From the NCBI GenBank assembly GCA_963719085.1, contig CAVRAL010000004.1, forward strand, positions 192,001 to 256,000: a stretch of 64,000 nt of DNA, written 5' to 3'. The stretch's first letter is position 1; every line of letters starts with the position of its first letter. The position numbers were made by a program, and so were the translations under genes. Of the stretch, positions 47,427-57,144 are shown piece after piece. Under the pieces are notes generated by a model. It saw nothing but the letters and a program-made list of their open reading frames with translations, did not search any database and had not been told where the DNA came from. The DNA is from a candidate division FCPU426 bacterium (GTDB taxonomy: Bacteria > Oederibacteriota > Muellerivitia > Muellerivitales > Muellerivitaceae).

Positions 47427-47505
47427 AAATAAATATAAACATCGACGCAAATTTTCCCGGTCCCTAAAATTCACCGCGTACCTTTATCCCCCTCAAAGGA
47501 CTTCC

Positions 47506-49500
47506 GTGATCCCCATTCACTCCTGGTGGAAAAACCTAGCCGAGGAAGAAACGGAAGAGGCCTCGCTTTTTCAAACCGAGCGGGCCCGCATCATCCGGGC
47601 CTTGCTTCTTTTAGGCGTTTTTATGACGACCTTTTTCATGGTCCTGGCCCTTCTCCAGGGTCAAAAATTTCCCTGGCTCCCCCTGCTGACCACCTCGGAC
47701 CTGCTGGCGCTGGCCTATTGGATTGACCGCAGGCCCCAGGACTACCGCTGGGTCTCGCGCCTGCTTTTTTTCCCTTCCCTGGGGCTAATCTTTTTGGATG
47801 TCTTAAGCTGGCCGCCGGACGTCTTGGCCCCGCCCCTGGTTTTTTTGCCCACCATGGCTTATTTCGCGGTACTTTTGGACGGCCCCCGGGCCGGAATTAT
47901 TTTGACCGCTTTGGAGCTGGGCCTTCTGTGGCTTTACGCTTTTCTTTTTCCCCAAAGCGGCCTCGCCGAATCCATGGCCCTTTCCAATTTGTATTTGGTG
48001 ACTCCGGGATACTTCGTCATCGGCTGGATGGCCTGGCGCCAATTCCGCGATTTGGGCCGGTCGGCGGCCTCCAACGCCGCCGCCTTGAAAAGCCTGACCG
48101 GGGAATGCGATCAAATTCTGGACACGATTTTTCAATCCCTTGAGGAAAAAGTATCCCAAACCCGCCGCCTTTTGCGCGGGGCCAATCCCGTGTCTTTACC
48201 GGCCCTGCGCGCCGAGGTCAACGGCATGGCCGATCGGCTGAAAGAGTTCACTGGCAAATCCCTGGGCATCCATCGGGAAGAATTGCCGGTCCCCGGCCCC
48301 CCGCTCCTGGACCAAGCCCGGCTCAAAATGATCGGCGCCTTCGTCGCCTTCATGCTTTTCTTTTTCACCCTGGGCGCCGTGCGAAACGTCCTCTTTTACC
48401 ACGCCCGAGACTGGTTCGTGCTCCTCGCTCCCCTGTCCTTGATGGCGCTTTTTCAATTGATTCTTTTCCTGCCCCGCTTGACGCCCAAAGCTTTGCCCTG
48501 GATTTTCAACCTGGCCCTTTATCTTTGCTTTCTTCCCGCCTTTTGTTACTGGGGTCGGGAATCCCTGTCGCCGCCGCTATTCGTCATCCCCCTTTTCGTG
48601 GTCGTAGCCTCGCTGACCGGACCCCTGCGGTTGGGCTTGACCGCGCTGGGGCTTTATCTGGCCGTCCTGGGCTGGTTTTTCGCCTCCCCCGTGATTTGGC
48701 TCAAACCCCAGCTTTACATTTTGATCTATCTGGCCCTGCTGGCTCCGGACCTTTTGGCCGCGGGTTGGATTTTTTGGCGGCTTCGCAACCGCCAATTTGA
48801 GCGCCGGGTCGCGCAAACGGAAAGTTACCACCGTTCTTTAAGGATGCGCCGACGCCTTTTAGGAACCCTTTTGCACGACATGCGCAATCCCTTGTCCGTG
48901 TTGTCCGCTTTGGCGCTGGAAAGCCCGTCCCAACGGGAATGGGCGACCATTCGGGATATGGCGGATCGGATGGCGGATATCCTTAAAAGCGGGCGGGATC
49001 TGTTGGACGTGGAAGGCTTGGCCCCCCGCCATTTGTTGAAACCCGTGGCGTGGGAATGGATGGTCGAGGAAATCCAGACGCTCTTTACTTTTCAAATGCG
49101 GGAAAAAGAAATCACTTTGGAAACCGCGGGCGATCCCGGCCTCAAGGCCCTCGCTATGCCGGATCTTTTGGTGAATTCCATCGTGGCCAATTTGGTTTCC
49201 AACGCCCTGAAATTCTCGCCCCGGGGTTCGGTCCTGCGCCTGGAAGCTAAGGAAGAATTGAACGAGCTGGTAATCCGGTTCGTGGACCGGGGCCCGGGTT
49301 TTTCCAAGTCCCAATTGGAAGCCTTTCGGCTGGGACAAAGCCTGGAAAGTTCCCCCGGTACCGAAGGCGAGTCCGGCATGGGGCTGGGGCTTTTTTTATC
49401 CAGGGATTACGCCCGCTTCATGGGGGGGGATTTGGTACTTCGCTTAAGAACCGAGGAGGGCGGCGCCAACGAGGTGATTTTGCGGCTGAAAAAAGCCTGA
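47506..49500 (+). CDS. Membrane sensor histidine kinase with a duplicated multi-TM module
   Basis: LHDMRNPL, NLVSNALKFS, DRGPG and GTEGESGMGLGL. GTG at 47506 follows AAGGA. Confidence 0.88.
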   Translation: MIPIHSWWKNLAEEETEEASLFQTERARIIRALLLLGVFMTTFFMVLALLQGQKFPWLPLLTTSDLLALAYWIDRRPQDYRWVSRLLFFPSLGLIFLDVLSWPPDVLAPPLVFLPTMAYFAVLLDGPRAGIILTALELGLLWLYAFLFPQSGLAESMALSNLYLVTPGYFVIGWMAWRQFRDLGRSAASNAAALKSLTGECDQILDTIFQSLEEKVSQTRRLLRGANPVSLPALRAEVNGMADRLKEFTGKSLGIHREELPVPGPPLLDQARLKMIGAFVAFMLFFFTLGAVRNVLFYHARDWFVLLAPLSLMALFQLILFLPRLTPKALPWIFNLALYLCFLPAFCYWGRESLSPPLFVIPLFVVVASLTGPLRLGLTALGLYLAVLGWFFASPVIWLKPQLYILIYLALLAPDLLAAGWIFWRLRNRQFERRVAQTESYHRSLRMRRRLLGTLLHDMRNPLSVLSALALESPSQREWATIRDMADRMADILKSGRDLLDVEGLAPRHLLKPVAWEWMVEEIQTLFTFQMREKEITLETAGDPGLKALAMPDLLVNSIVANLVSNALKFSPRGSVLRLEAKEELNELVIRFVDRGPGFSKSQLEAFRLGQSLESSPGTEGESGMGLGLFLSRDYARFMGGDLVLRLRTEEGGANEVILRLKKA

Positions 49501-49517
49501 TTCCCCCCGCGCCATTC

Positions 49518-49637
49518 AACCAAGACCCACTGCCCACGCAAAGACACTAAGACACAAAGGTAATCAAATCATTTTGTTAAGACTTTCCTCTGATTTTGCC
49601 CTTCTTGGCGTCTTTGCGTGGGCAGTGGGTGTTGGTT
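49518..49637. repeat. CGCCAAGACG-type inverted-repeat element, copy E (CCCACTGCCCA-extended variant)
   Basis: AACCAAGACCCACTGCCCACGCAAAGACACTAAGA ... TCTTGGCGTCTTTGCGTGGGCAGTGGGTGTTGGTT, between convergent genes. Confidence 0.85.
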
Positions 49638-49671
49638 TTAGCCTTTATCTATAAGCTGTTTTTCCCGCCGC

Positions 49672-50964
49672 TTATTCCAATTGTTTTAAGTGTTTCAAGG
49701 CCGTCTCATTGCCCGGCTCCCATTTCAGCGCGGAGCGATAATCCTTCGCGGCCGCCGTCAAATGCCCCGGGTCCGTGGAATGGTATTGCTCAATGACGCC
49801 CAGCATGGCGAAGGTTTCCGCGTAATAAAAACCCTCAACCGATTTATCCCGGATGGCCGAGGCTTGCCGCAAGAGGGACGCGGAGGCCGCGTAGTCGCCT
49901 TTTTGATAAGCGGCGATGCCCTTTTTATAGGTTTGCCGCATATCTAAAACCGGCGCGGGGGTTGGCGTTGCCGCCGCGGGCTCCGCCGTCGGTGTGGGGC
50001 TCGGGACGGGCGTCGCTTGAACTTCTTTTTTCGGCGGCGGCGACTGCGCCGGAGCCTCCGGTTTTTCATCGCCGAAATCATAGGTCAGCGCCGCCTTATT
50101 CGTCAGTCCCAGGTCCCCGTAAGAAACCAGCGAGTAATCCAATTGAAGTTGTCCCACCTTTAACCCTACGCCGCCCCCGAACCCGGCCTGATCCTGATAT
50201 TGAAAGGACAGGGTCGACCACTCATAGCCAACCCGGATAAAAAGGGTTTGGTCATAAGCCCATTCCAGGCCATGGTGGAATACCGCCGGCCCCGAGGGAA
50301 AGGTCGCGTCGGTGGCCAGGCGGAAGCGGGAATCCCGGGGGCCGAAACCCAGTTCCCCGCCCAAATAAAATTCCGTGGGCAGGCTGTAGCCCGATGCCGA
50401 TCCTAAATTGCGCAGACCCGCCGAAAAGCTCCCCCAGGATTGGCGGTAAAGCGCCCCCGCGTCCAAGCCAAACCCGCTCACGCTGTAACCCGTGTAGGAT
50501 TCGCTTTCGGCTTTGGCCGAAAGTCCCAGCGCCCAAGACCCGAACCGAAAAGAGGAAGCCAAGGCCGCGGCGAAGGCCTGGGGCGTTTGGCTTCCGATGG
50601 GATTTCCGAAAGCGTCCCGGTTTTGGAAGGAGCCGAAATTGACGTAGGAAACCCGGCCGCCCAGCGCGCCCCAGTCGGTGGGGAAAACCGCGTTCACATC
50701 CTGGAAAAAAGTGTCCTGAAACCATTGGTTGTAGGTGGTTTGGATCTCGGAATTTTGGATCCAGGCCAATCCCGCGGGGTTCCAGTAGATCGCGCTGGGA
50801 TCATCCGCCAAAGCCGAAAAGGCCCCGCCCAAAGCCGCGGCTTGGGCCCCCGCCTGGGCGTTCATCGATTGGAGGGCGTCTTGGGCCTGGGAAAGGCTTT
50901 GCCCCTGGATGGTTTTCGCGGAAAAAAAAACCAAAAATAAAATGGCAAAATTTTTAACTTTCAT
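49672..50964 (-). CDS. PorV/PorQ-family outer-membrane barrel with Pro-rich linker and C-terminal TPR
   Basis: ALGGAFSALADDPSAIYWNPAGL, DYS..SYGDLG.T and a TPR-like AAAKDYRSALKWEPGN. Confidence 0.82.
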   Translation of the reverse strand: MKVKNFAILFLVFFSAKTIQGQSLSQAQDALQSMNAQAGAQAAALGGAFSALADDPSAIYWNPAGLAWIQNSEIQTTYNQWFQDTFFQDVNAVFPTDWGALGGRVSYVNFGSFQNRDAFGNPIGSQTPQAFAAALASSFRFGSWALGLSAKAESESYTGYSVSGFGLDAGALYRQSWGSFSAGLRNLGSASGYSLPTEFYLGGELGFGPRDSRFRLATDATFPSGPAVFHHGLEWAYDQTLFIRVGYEWSTLSFQYQDQAGFGGGVGLKVGQLQLDYSLVSYGDLGLTNKAALTYDFGDEKPEAPAQSPPPKKEVQATPVPSPTPTAEPAAATPTPAPVLDMRQTYKKGIAAYQKGDYAASASLLRQASAIRDKSVEGFYYAETFAMLGVIEQYHSTDPGHLTAAAKDYRSALKWEPGNETALKHLKQLE

Positions 50965-53207
50965 CGGCGCACCAAAAATTTACCCTTGGCCACCACCTGT
51001 CCGCCCGAGCCGTGGATCACGTAAAAATAAACCCCGGGCGCGAAGCTGTCCGTCGCCAAGGTCGCCAAATTCGTCCCGGAACCCGAGGCGTTCTGGGTAA
51101 GGGAAGCCGCCAATTGCCCCGAGAAGGCGTAGTAATTGATCCGCACCGTTTGGGCGATCGGGCTGAGATAAACCAAGTTCACTTGGTCCGTGGCCGGCTG
51201 GGGATAGACATAAGAGCCATCCGTGGCCGGAACCGTGGGCGTCACCGTCGGCGTGTCCGTAATCGTCGGCGTATGGGTAATGGTGGGAGTGTTCGTGATG
51301 GTCGGGGTATTGGTTATCGTTGGGGTGTCCGTAATCGTCGGGGTATCGGTGATGGTGGGCGTTAAGGTTTTGGTAAAGGTGGGCGTAATGGTCGGCGTGG
51401 AGGTTTTAGTGGGTGTGGGCGTTCGGGTATTGGTGATGGTTGGTGTGGGCGTAATGGTGGCGGTGGGGGTCATGGTCGGCGCGGCCAGGGCCAAGTCCGC
51501 GATCAGGTTGCACTTGGGGCTCCCGAGCCCCGTGGCCAGGTCATAGCCGGAGGCCGCGGGGTAAGTCGAGGAAGTCCCCCAATAATTGTTATTGCCCACG
51601 GTCACGTCGTTGAAATCATTGGCGTAGGTGGCGGCGTTACTGGCCAAATTATAAAGGGATGGATTCACGAAGCCGACCGGACTGCGGCCCAGGGAAACGG
51701 CCTCTTGGTTGGTCAAAGCCATCAGCCCCGCCCAGAGCGGCGCCGCGGCGCTGGTACCGCCAAAAACATCGGTCGCCGGCCGGCTTGGCCCCAGCGTGTG
51801 GTAAAAAACCTCAATGAAATCCGCCGTCAGGGAGACGTCCGGCAGGTTTCGGAAAACCGTTGAGGCACCGACCCCCGCCGCTCCCGAAGCGGCGGGAATC
51901 TGGTAGGTGGGAATCGCCACCGGTGTGGGCCCGTCGCAAATACCGCCGCTGGCCACGGCGTTGGGAGCGGGTGTCTGGGTTTCGATGGGTCCGGGCGAAT
52001 CGTTCCAAACCGTTTCGGTAGTGTAGGTCCCGGCCGAGGTTCCCCCGCTTCCTGACGTGACAAGTTCCGTCCCCCCCACCACCGTCATCAAAGACGTCAA
52101 GTCGATCGGATCAGGAACCGTCTGGATCGGATCGGCCGAAATATAGGCGCCCGAGTCCCCTGCCGCCTCAAAAAAAGAATCCCCTTGCGCGGCGTAGGCG
52201 GCGAAGAAATTCGCGGTATTGGAATCCCCGCCAAAACTCCAGGAACAGCTGATCTGCCGGGCGGCTTTATCGGTCATGATTTTATTGAGCATGCTGTCCG
52301 TCGGTTTGACGCCGTTCTGGTCTTCATAAACGTAAACCGCCGCGCCGGGGGCCATGGCGATGGACATCTCAATATCAAGACACACTTCGCTGTTGTTGTC
52401 GCCCGGAAAAGTCCCGGCGCTGATCGTCACAGGGACCACGGGCGGCTCCGCGATGCCGGCCGCGGCCGTGTACCCCGAGATGTCGGCGGGATAATAGGTG
52501 TCATACTCAATAAGCGCCACCGTCTGTCCCGCCCCGTTGACCGAGGAAGACAGGCATGGCAGATAAATATTTCGAAAATCATTTCCAAAATAACTGTACT
52601 GTCCGGCTGCCCGGATGCCCGTCCCCTCCTGGGGTTTCACCTTGAGTAATCCCGCGGGTTGGGGCACTTTTGAGTTTTCCAGCCCCGCCACGTATTGAAT
52701 CGGCGTATTAAGGTCCACCGAAGGTTCCCGGTCCGGGGCGTGGAACCAGGTGCCGTCCTTGCGTTGGTAGCGCCGCAGGTTCACGTGGAGCGCCTGCTGG
52801 ATATCGCTCACATTTCCTTGGACGTCCACCAACAACCGGTTGGGATAAGTTCCGGTGACCGTCAAGTGATGGGCCTGGGCAAAGGCGACCACCGCGTTGT
52901 AATCGGACACGGACGGGCCAAACTGGGCGTTGAATTGGTCGGCGGTTAAAAACTTCCGAAAGAGGGGGCTATGCGGATCATAAAGGCGGTCCAAGAGCGG
53001 TTGAAGTTGATCCTTGTTTCGCAGAGGAAGGCCGATGGATAAATCGAGGGTTTGGGTCGGGTCCAGAGGGCCCAGATCCGGCGCCACTTTGGCCATCAGG
53101 GGCACATGGCCATGAAGCATTTGGCTTCCCACCCCCTGGGCAAAAAGCGAAACCGGGAAAATGAGGCCCAAACCCAGGCATAGTCGTAAAAGTTGAGTAG
53201 GGGTCAT
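50961..53207 (-). CDS. S53 sedolisin/kumamolisin peptidase with pro-domain, Thr-Pro repeats and T9SS type-A-like C-terminal domain
   Basis: EVCLDIE, AAGDSG, GGTSAAAP and GYDLATGLGSP. CTD VYPQP...YAFSGQL...APGVYFY...KGKFLVRR. Confidence 0.9.
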   Translation of the reverse strand: MTPTQLLRLCLGLGLIFPVSLFAQGVGSQMLHGHVPLMAKVAPDLGPLDPTQTLDLSIGLPLRNKDQLQPLLDRLYDPHSPLFRKFLTADQFNAQFGPSVSDYNAVVAFAQAHHLTVTGTYPNRLLVDVQGNVSDIQQALHVNLRRYQRKDGTWFHAPDREPSVDLNTPIQYVAGLENSKVPQPAGLLKVKPQEGTGIRAAGQYSYFGNDFRNIYLPCLSSSVNGAGQTVALIEYDTYYPADISGYTAAAGIAEPPVVPVTISAGTFPGDNNSEVCLDIEMSIAMAPGAAVYVYEDQNGVKPTDSMLNKIMTDKAARQISCSWSFGGDSNTANFFAAYAAQGDSFFEAAGDSGAYISADPIQTVPDPIDLTSLMTVVGGTELVTSGSGGTSAGTYTTETVWNDSPGPIETQTPAPNAVASGGICDGPTPVAIPTYQIPAASGAAGVGASTVFRNLPDVSLTADFIEVFYHTLGPSRPATDVFGGTSAAAPLWAGLMALTNQEAVSLGRSPVGFVNPSLYNLASNAATYANDFNDVTVGNNNYWGTSSTYPAASGYDLATGLGSPKCNLIADLALAAPTMTPTATITPTPTITNTRTPTPTKTSTPTITPTFTKTLTPTITDTPTITDTPTITNTPTITNTPTITHTPTITDTPTVTPTVPATDGSYVYPQPATDQVNLVYLSPIAQTVRINYYAFSGQLAASLTQNASGSGTNLATLATDSFAPGVYFYVIHGSGGQVVAKGKFLVRR
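51229..51480 (-). repeat. Coding Thr-Pro tandem repeat, 18-nt/6-aa period TPTIT(D/N/H)
   Basis: TPTITDTPTITDTPTITNTPTITNTPTITHTPTITD. Confidence 0.9.
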
Positions 53208-53322
53208 CAAAAGCCTTAGACCGGGATTTGGAGACAAAATCGATCTTAGGCATTTTACCAGCCAAAAACTTTTTGGGCAAAAAGCATATGAGCCGTCTTT
53301 TAAGAAAGGCCTTGGGAAATGG

Positions 53323-55698
53323 CTAAAGCTTGACGGAAGAGCCTGTCCATTGGTCGACGGCGGCCAAAATCTCGTCAAACTTGAAGGGCTTTTCCAGGCA
53401 GGGATTATCCACCGATTTGAAAAAATCACTCGATTCCGCCATCAAGACGCCGCCCGTGATGAAAACGAACCTCTTTTCAAGTCCGGGAAATTTCCGGGCC
53501 ACGTTTTTGAAAAGGCTGATCCCGTTCATATCCGGCATGTTCAGGTCGCTCACGACAACATCCACCTTCCCGCCTTCCCTTTCCAAAATCGCCAAGGCGT
53601 CCAGTCCGGTTAAGGCGGTCAAGACTTCGTGTTTCTTTTTCAATACCCGGTTCAAAACCTCCAGGTTGCCGGGCTCATCGTCCACCACCAGGACGCGGCC
53701 TCTCCCCTGGGCCTCGGATGGACGCGGATCGGCGCCGGGGACTTTCAAACCATTATCCAGAAGCAGGCGCACGGTGAAGGTTGTTCCCTGTCCCACCTGG
53801 CTCTTGACCTCGATGGTTCCTTTATAAAACTTGACGATTTTATCGCAGATGGAAAGGCCCAGTCCCGTCCCCACCCCGACGGGCTTGGTGGTGAAAAAAG
53901 GCTCAAAAATATTGGGAAGGATGTCCGTCGGTATTCCCCGGCCCGTATCCGTGAATTCAGCGAAAAGACTCCCGTTTTCTTGGCCGGTGCGGATATGGAT
54001 TTTATTGTCCTCCGGATTGTTTCCCTCGATGGCGTGGGCGGCGTTGATCAGCAGATTGATGAAAACCTGCTGAAGCTTGCCCACGTTGGCGGTCAAAAGC
54101 GGCAGACGCAGGGCGAAATCTTTTTCGACCCGGGCTTTGTGCTTGAACTCGTGGAAAGTCATGTTGATGGCCGATTCAATGGTTTTGTTCAGGTCCACCA
54201 CCGCCACTTCGTCCTCGTCGGTGCGCACGAAGGACTTGAGTCCCCGCACGATTTCCCGGATCCTTTCGCCGCCCTGCGCGGTCTCGTCGATCTCCTCCAA
54301 TATTTCCTCGAAGAGTTTCGGGTATCCCGCGTCCACATGGCCTTTCTCGTCCATTTGGCGCCTTAAGTCATCCAAATTCTCCTGTAAAAAAACCAGGTTG
54401 GCCAAAACATAGGTGAGGGGATTATTGATCTCGTGGGCGATACCGGCCGCCAGCGTTCCCACGGTGGCCAGCTTTTCATTGTGGCTCGCCTGGTGTTCCA
54501 ATCGATTCTGCATCGTGATGTCCCGCAAAACCATCATGACGGCCGGCTTACCGCCGAACTGGATGGAAATGCTGGAGGACTCAAAATCCACCGGCTCCCC
54601 GCCCTTCCCCAACAGCTTCAAAATTAAAATGGGATTGGCGCCTTCCTGCCCGAGGATGGGCTCAATTCTTTCCCGGACGGCCCGATGGTAATCCGAGTGA
54701 ATCAGATCGAACTTGGGGCAACCCACCAGTTCGTCCGCGGAAGGGTACTTCAAAAACCCGGCCAGGGTTTGATTGGCGAACAAAACCTTTTCGGGGTCGA
54801 CGATCAAGACACCGTTGGGCATCTGCTGGATGATGGCTTGGAAGGTCTCGTCGGACTTGCGCAGGGCTTCCTCGGATTTTTTGCGGGGCGCGGTATCCCG
54901 CAAAACCGCCATGACCGCGGGTTTCCCCTGGTAAATAATGGAAATGCCGGAAGCTTCCACGCTCAACCGGCTCCCGTCCTTTTTGATCCAGGAGGATTCC
55001 AGGAGCGGATCCACGCCTTCCTTGCCGTAAATCCGCGCGATCCGCTTTTGAATGACCGGATGAAAGTCCGGATGCACGAAAGTCAGGGGGGGATGTCCGA
55101 TCAACTCGTCTTCCCTTTCGTAACCCAGCATTTTGACCACGCTTTGGCTCACGAATAAAATACGTTCGGTATTCTCGATAAATATCCCGTCGGGTATCTG
55201 CTGGATGATGGCCCTGAAGTTTTCATCGGCCTCCCGCTGGGCTTTACCCATATTTTCCCGCTCGTCGACTTCCCGCAGAAGGACCATCGCCGCCGGCATA
55301 CCCTGATAAATGACCGAGATGGATTCCGCCTCGACTTGCGTAACACCGCCGTTCTGGGTGATGACTTTCACCTCCGTGACCGGGTTGTAAGGATGTCCCT
55401 CCATAAAGATTTTTTGGATTCGGTTCCGGACCATTTCCAGGGACTCGGGCGACACTAGGGACAGGGGCGATTGGCCGATTAATTCGCTTTCTTTTTGATA
55501 GCCTAACAATCTCACCATCCCCGGGTTGGCGTAAATGATCATACCGGCCCGTTGAATCATCAGGCAAATCGGGAGGAGGTTTACCAGGGTCTTGAACTGC
55601 TCCTCGGAATTCGTCAAAGCCTTCACCAAATCATTTTTGAGGACCACAACGGCGGGAACCGCTAAAGCTTGGACAGTTGAATCGATTTTATCGCTCAT
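53323..55698 (-). CDS. Cytoplasmic hybrid histidine kinase, 3 PAS-HisKA-HATPase-REC
   Basis: Three PAS repeats, AHEINNPL, FFTTKPVGVGTGLGL, VVDDE and SDLNMP. Confidence 0.94.
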   Translation of the reverse strand: MSDKIDSTVQALAVPAVVVLKNDLVKALTNSEEQFKTLVNLLPICLMIQRAGMIIYANPGMVRLLGYQKESELIGQSPLSLVSPESLEMVRNRIQKIFMEGHPYNPVTEVKVITQNGGVTQVEAESISVIYQGMPAAMVLLREVDERENMGKAQREADENFRAIIQQIPDGIFIENTERILFVSQSVVKMLGYEREDELIGHPPLTFVHPDFHPVIQKRIARIYGKEGVDPLLESSWIKKDGSRLSVEASGISIIYQGKPAVMAVLRDTAPRKKSEEALRKSDETFQAIIQQMPNGVLIVDPEKVLFANQTLAGFLKYPSADELVGCPKFDLIHSDYHRAVRERIEPILGQEGANPILILKLLGKGGEPVDFESSSISIQFGGKPAVMMVLRDITMQNRLEHQASHNEKLATVGTLAAGIAHEINNPLTYVLANLVFLQENLDDLRRQMDEKGHVDAGYPKLFEEILEEIDETAQGGERIREIVRGLKSFVRTDEDEVAVVDLNKTIESAINMTFHEFKHKARVEKDFALRLPLLTANVGKLQQVFINLLINAAHAIEGNNPEDNKIHIRTGQENGSLFAEFTDTGRGIPTDILPNIFEPFFTTKPVGVGTGLGLSICDKIVKFYKGTIEVKSQVGQGTTFTVRLLLDNGLKVPGADPRPSEAQGRGRVLVVDDEPGNLEVLNRVLKKKHEVLTALTGLDALAILEREGGKVDVVVSDLNMPDMNGISLFKNVARKFPGLEKRFVFITGGVLMAESSDFFKSVDNPCLEKPFKFDEILAAVDQWTGSSVKL

Positions 55699-55901
55699 TC
55701 AAAACTCCTTGTCGCGGCAATGAGGAAGGGGAAAAATCGGGGTTCTCGAAGTTCAAAATAAATCGATTGGTCAATTAGACAAAATCCAGGCGGGGCTTGA
55801 TATAAAAAAGTCATTTCGTGTGCAATCAATCGGCGCCGAAATCGGGACGATCATTTTGATAGCACGGCCCGTTTCGGAGGCGTTAACGGGGCAATTGTCC
55901 T

Positions 55902-56327
55902 TTATCGAAGGACTATCAACCGAGGAACGGCGTTTTGTCCGGCAAAGACGATGGCGTTTTGGTGGTACTTTTTCCCGAGGGATTTCGCCTCTTTCAGCCT
56001 CAGTCCCAGCACCAGCAAACTGGCCTCACTCGTCCATTGGCCCTTGGGGTCTTCGCCGACACCGGGGATGAACGAAAATCCCTCCTTGCGGACATCCTTT
56101 ATCAAACGCTTTTGAGCCAAAACGTTCTTCGCCTTGGATGTCTTTTGACCGAGTGGGTTATAAGCGGTGATAAACGCGGCGGTTGAAAAGTTTTCTTGGC
56201 GGTAAAGCGAAGCAAGCCGCGCCGATCGCTTTCCTATGTGAAGCGTCCAAGCTTTGGGCGCGGCCTTCACCCGGTAAAGGGTTCGTTGGTAGGATAAAAG
56301 GGTTTCAGACGGGATTTTGGTTCTCAT
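55902..56327 (-). CDS. DUF3293 domain protein
   Basis: FITAYNPLG, G.G.D..GQW.E.S and G..Y.QNAI. Confidence 0.8.
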   Translation of the reverse strand: MRTKIPSETLLSYQRTLYRVKAAPKAWTLHIGKRSARLASLYRQENFSTAAFITAYNPLGQKTSKAKNVLAQKRLIKDVRKEGFSFIPGVGEDPKGQWTSEASLLVLGLRLKEAKSLGKKYHQNAIVFAGQNAVPRLIVLR

Positions 56328-56417
56328 GGCCGGAAAGGATTTTAACCCATTCTGGACACCCATGACGCATCTTCGGTAATCTAATCCCAGTTTCAATCCT
56401 AAGGCCAAGGAATCCCT

Positions 56418-56975
56418 ATGCCGAAATTATCCATGTTCAACTCCGTCAGCTTAGATGGTTATTTCACCGACTTAAAAAACGACATGAGCTGGGCCCACCA
56501 AAGGGACCCTGAATGGGACGAGTTCGTAGGCGTTAACGCCTCCGGCAAGGGCCGCCTGCTCTTTGGCCGGGTGACCTACCAAATGATGGAGGGCTTTTGG
56601 ACCTCGCCCATGGGCATCCAGATGATGCCGGAAGTCGCTAAGGGAATGGCCGCCAGCCAAAAGGTGGTCTTTTCAAAGACCCTCGATAAAGTCGGCTGGG
56701 ACAACACGGTATTATTGAAGGGCGACCTGGCGACTGAGGTAAAGACGCTAAAGGCCGACTCTGGCCCCAACATGGTGATTTTGGGAAGCGGAAGTATTGT
56801 GGCCCAATTGGCCCAGGAAAACTTGATCGATGAATACCAGGTCATTATTTCGCCCGTGGCTATTGGCGGCGGCCGGACGCTATTTGAGGGCTTGAAGAAG
56901 CATCTGCGAATGAATTTGGTGAAATCTAGGATATTTAAGAATGGGAGCGTCTTTTTGGTTTATCACCCGGCCTAA
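56418..56975 (+). CDS. Dihydrofolate reductase/RibD C-terminal family protein
   Basis: SLDGYF, LFGRVTY, KVVFSKTL, GSGSIV and LIDEY. Confidence 0.9.
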   Translation: MPKLSMFNSVSLDGYFTDLKNDMSWAHQRDPEWDEFVGVNASGKGRLLFGRVTYQMMEGFWTSPMGIQMMPEVAKGMAASQKVVFSKTLDKVGWDNTVLLKGDLATEVKTLKADSGPNMVILGSGSIVAQLAQENLIDEYQVIISPVAIGGGRTLFEGLKKHLRMNLVKSRIFKNGSVFLVYHPA

Positions 56976-57144
56976 TCAGATTTATCAATTGTCCGGCCTG
57001 ACCTATTTACTTGTTTCATCATGGAAACATTTTAAGCTTTATCCCCAAAACAGAATCGATTTTCAGTTTTTCTTTGGGGGCCTGTTGGTTCCCCTGGCGC
57101 CCGGGACTTAGAATAGTCCCGCTTTTTCATTTTCAGGAGGCCCC

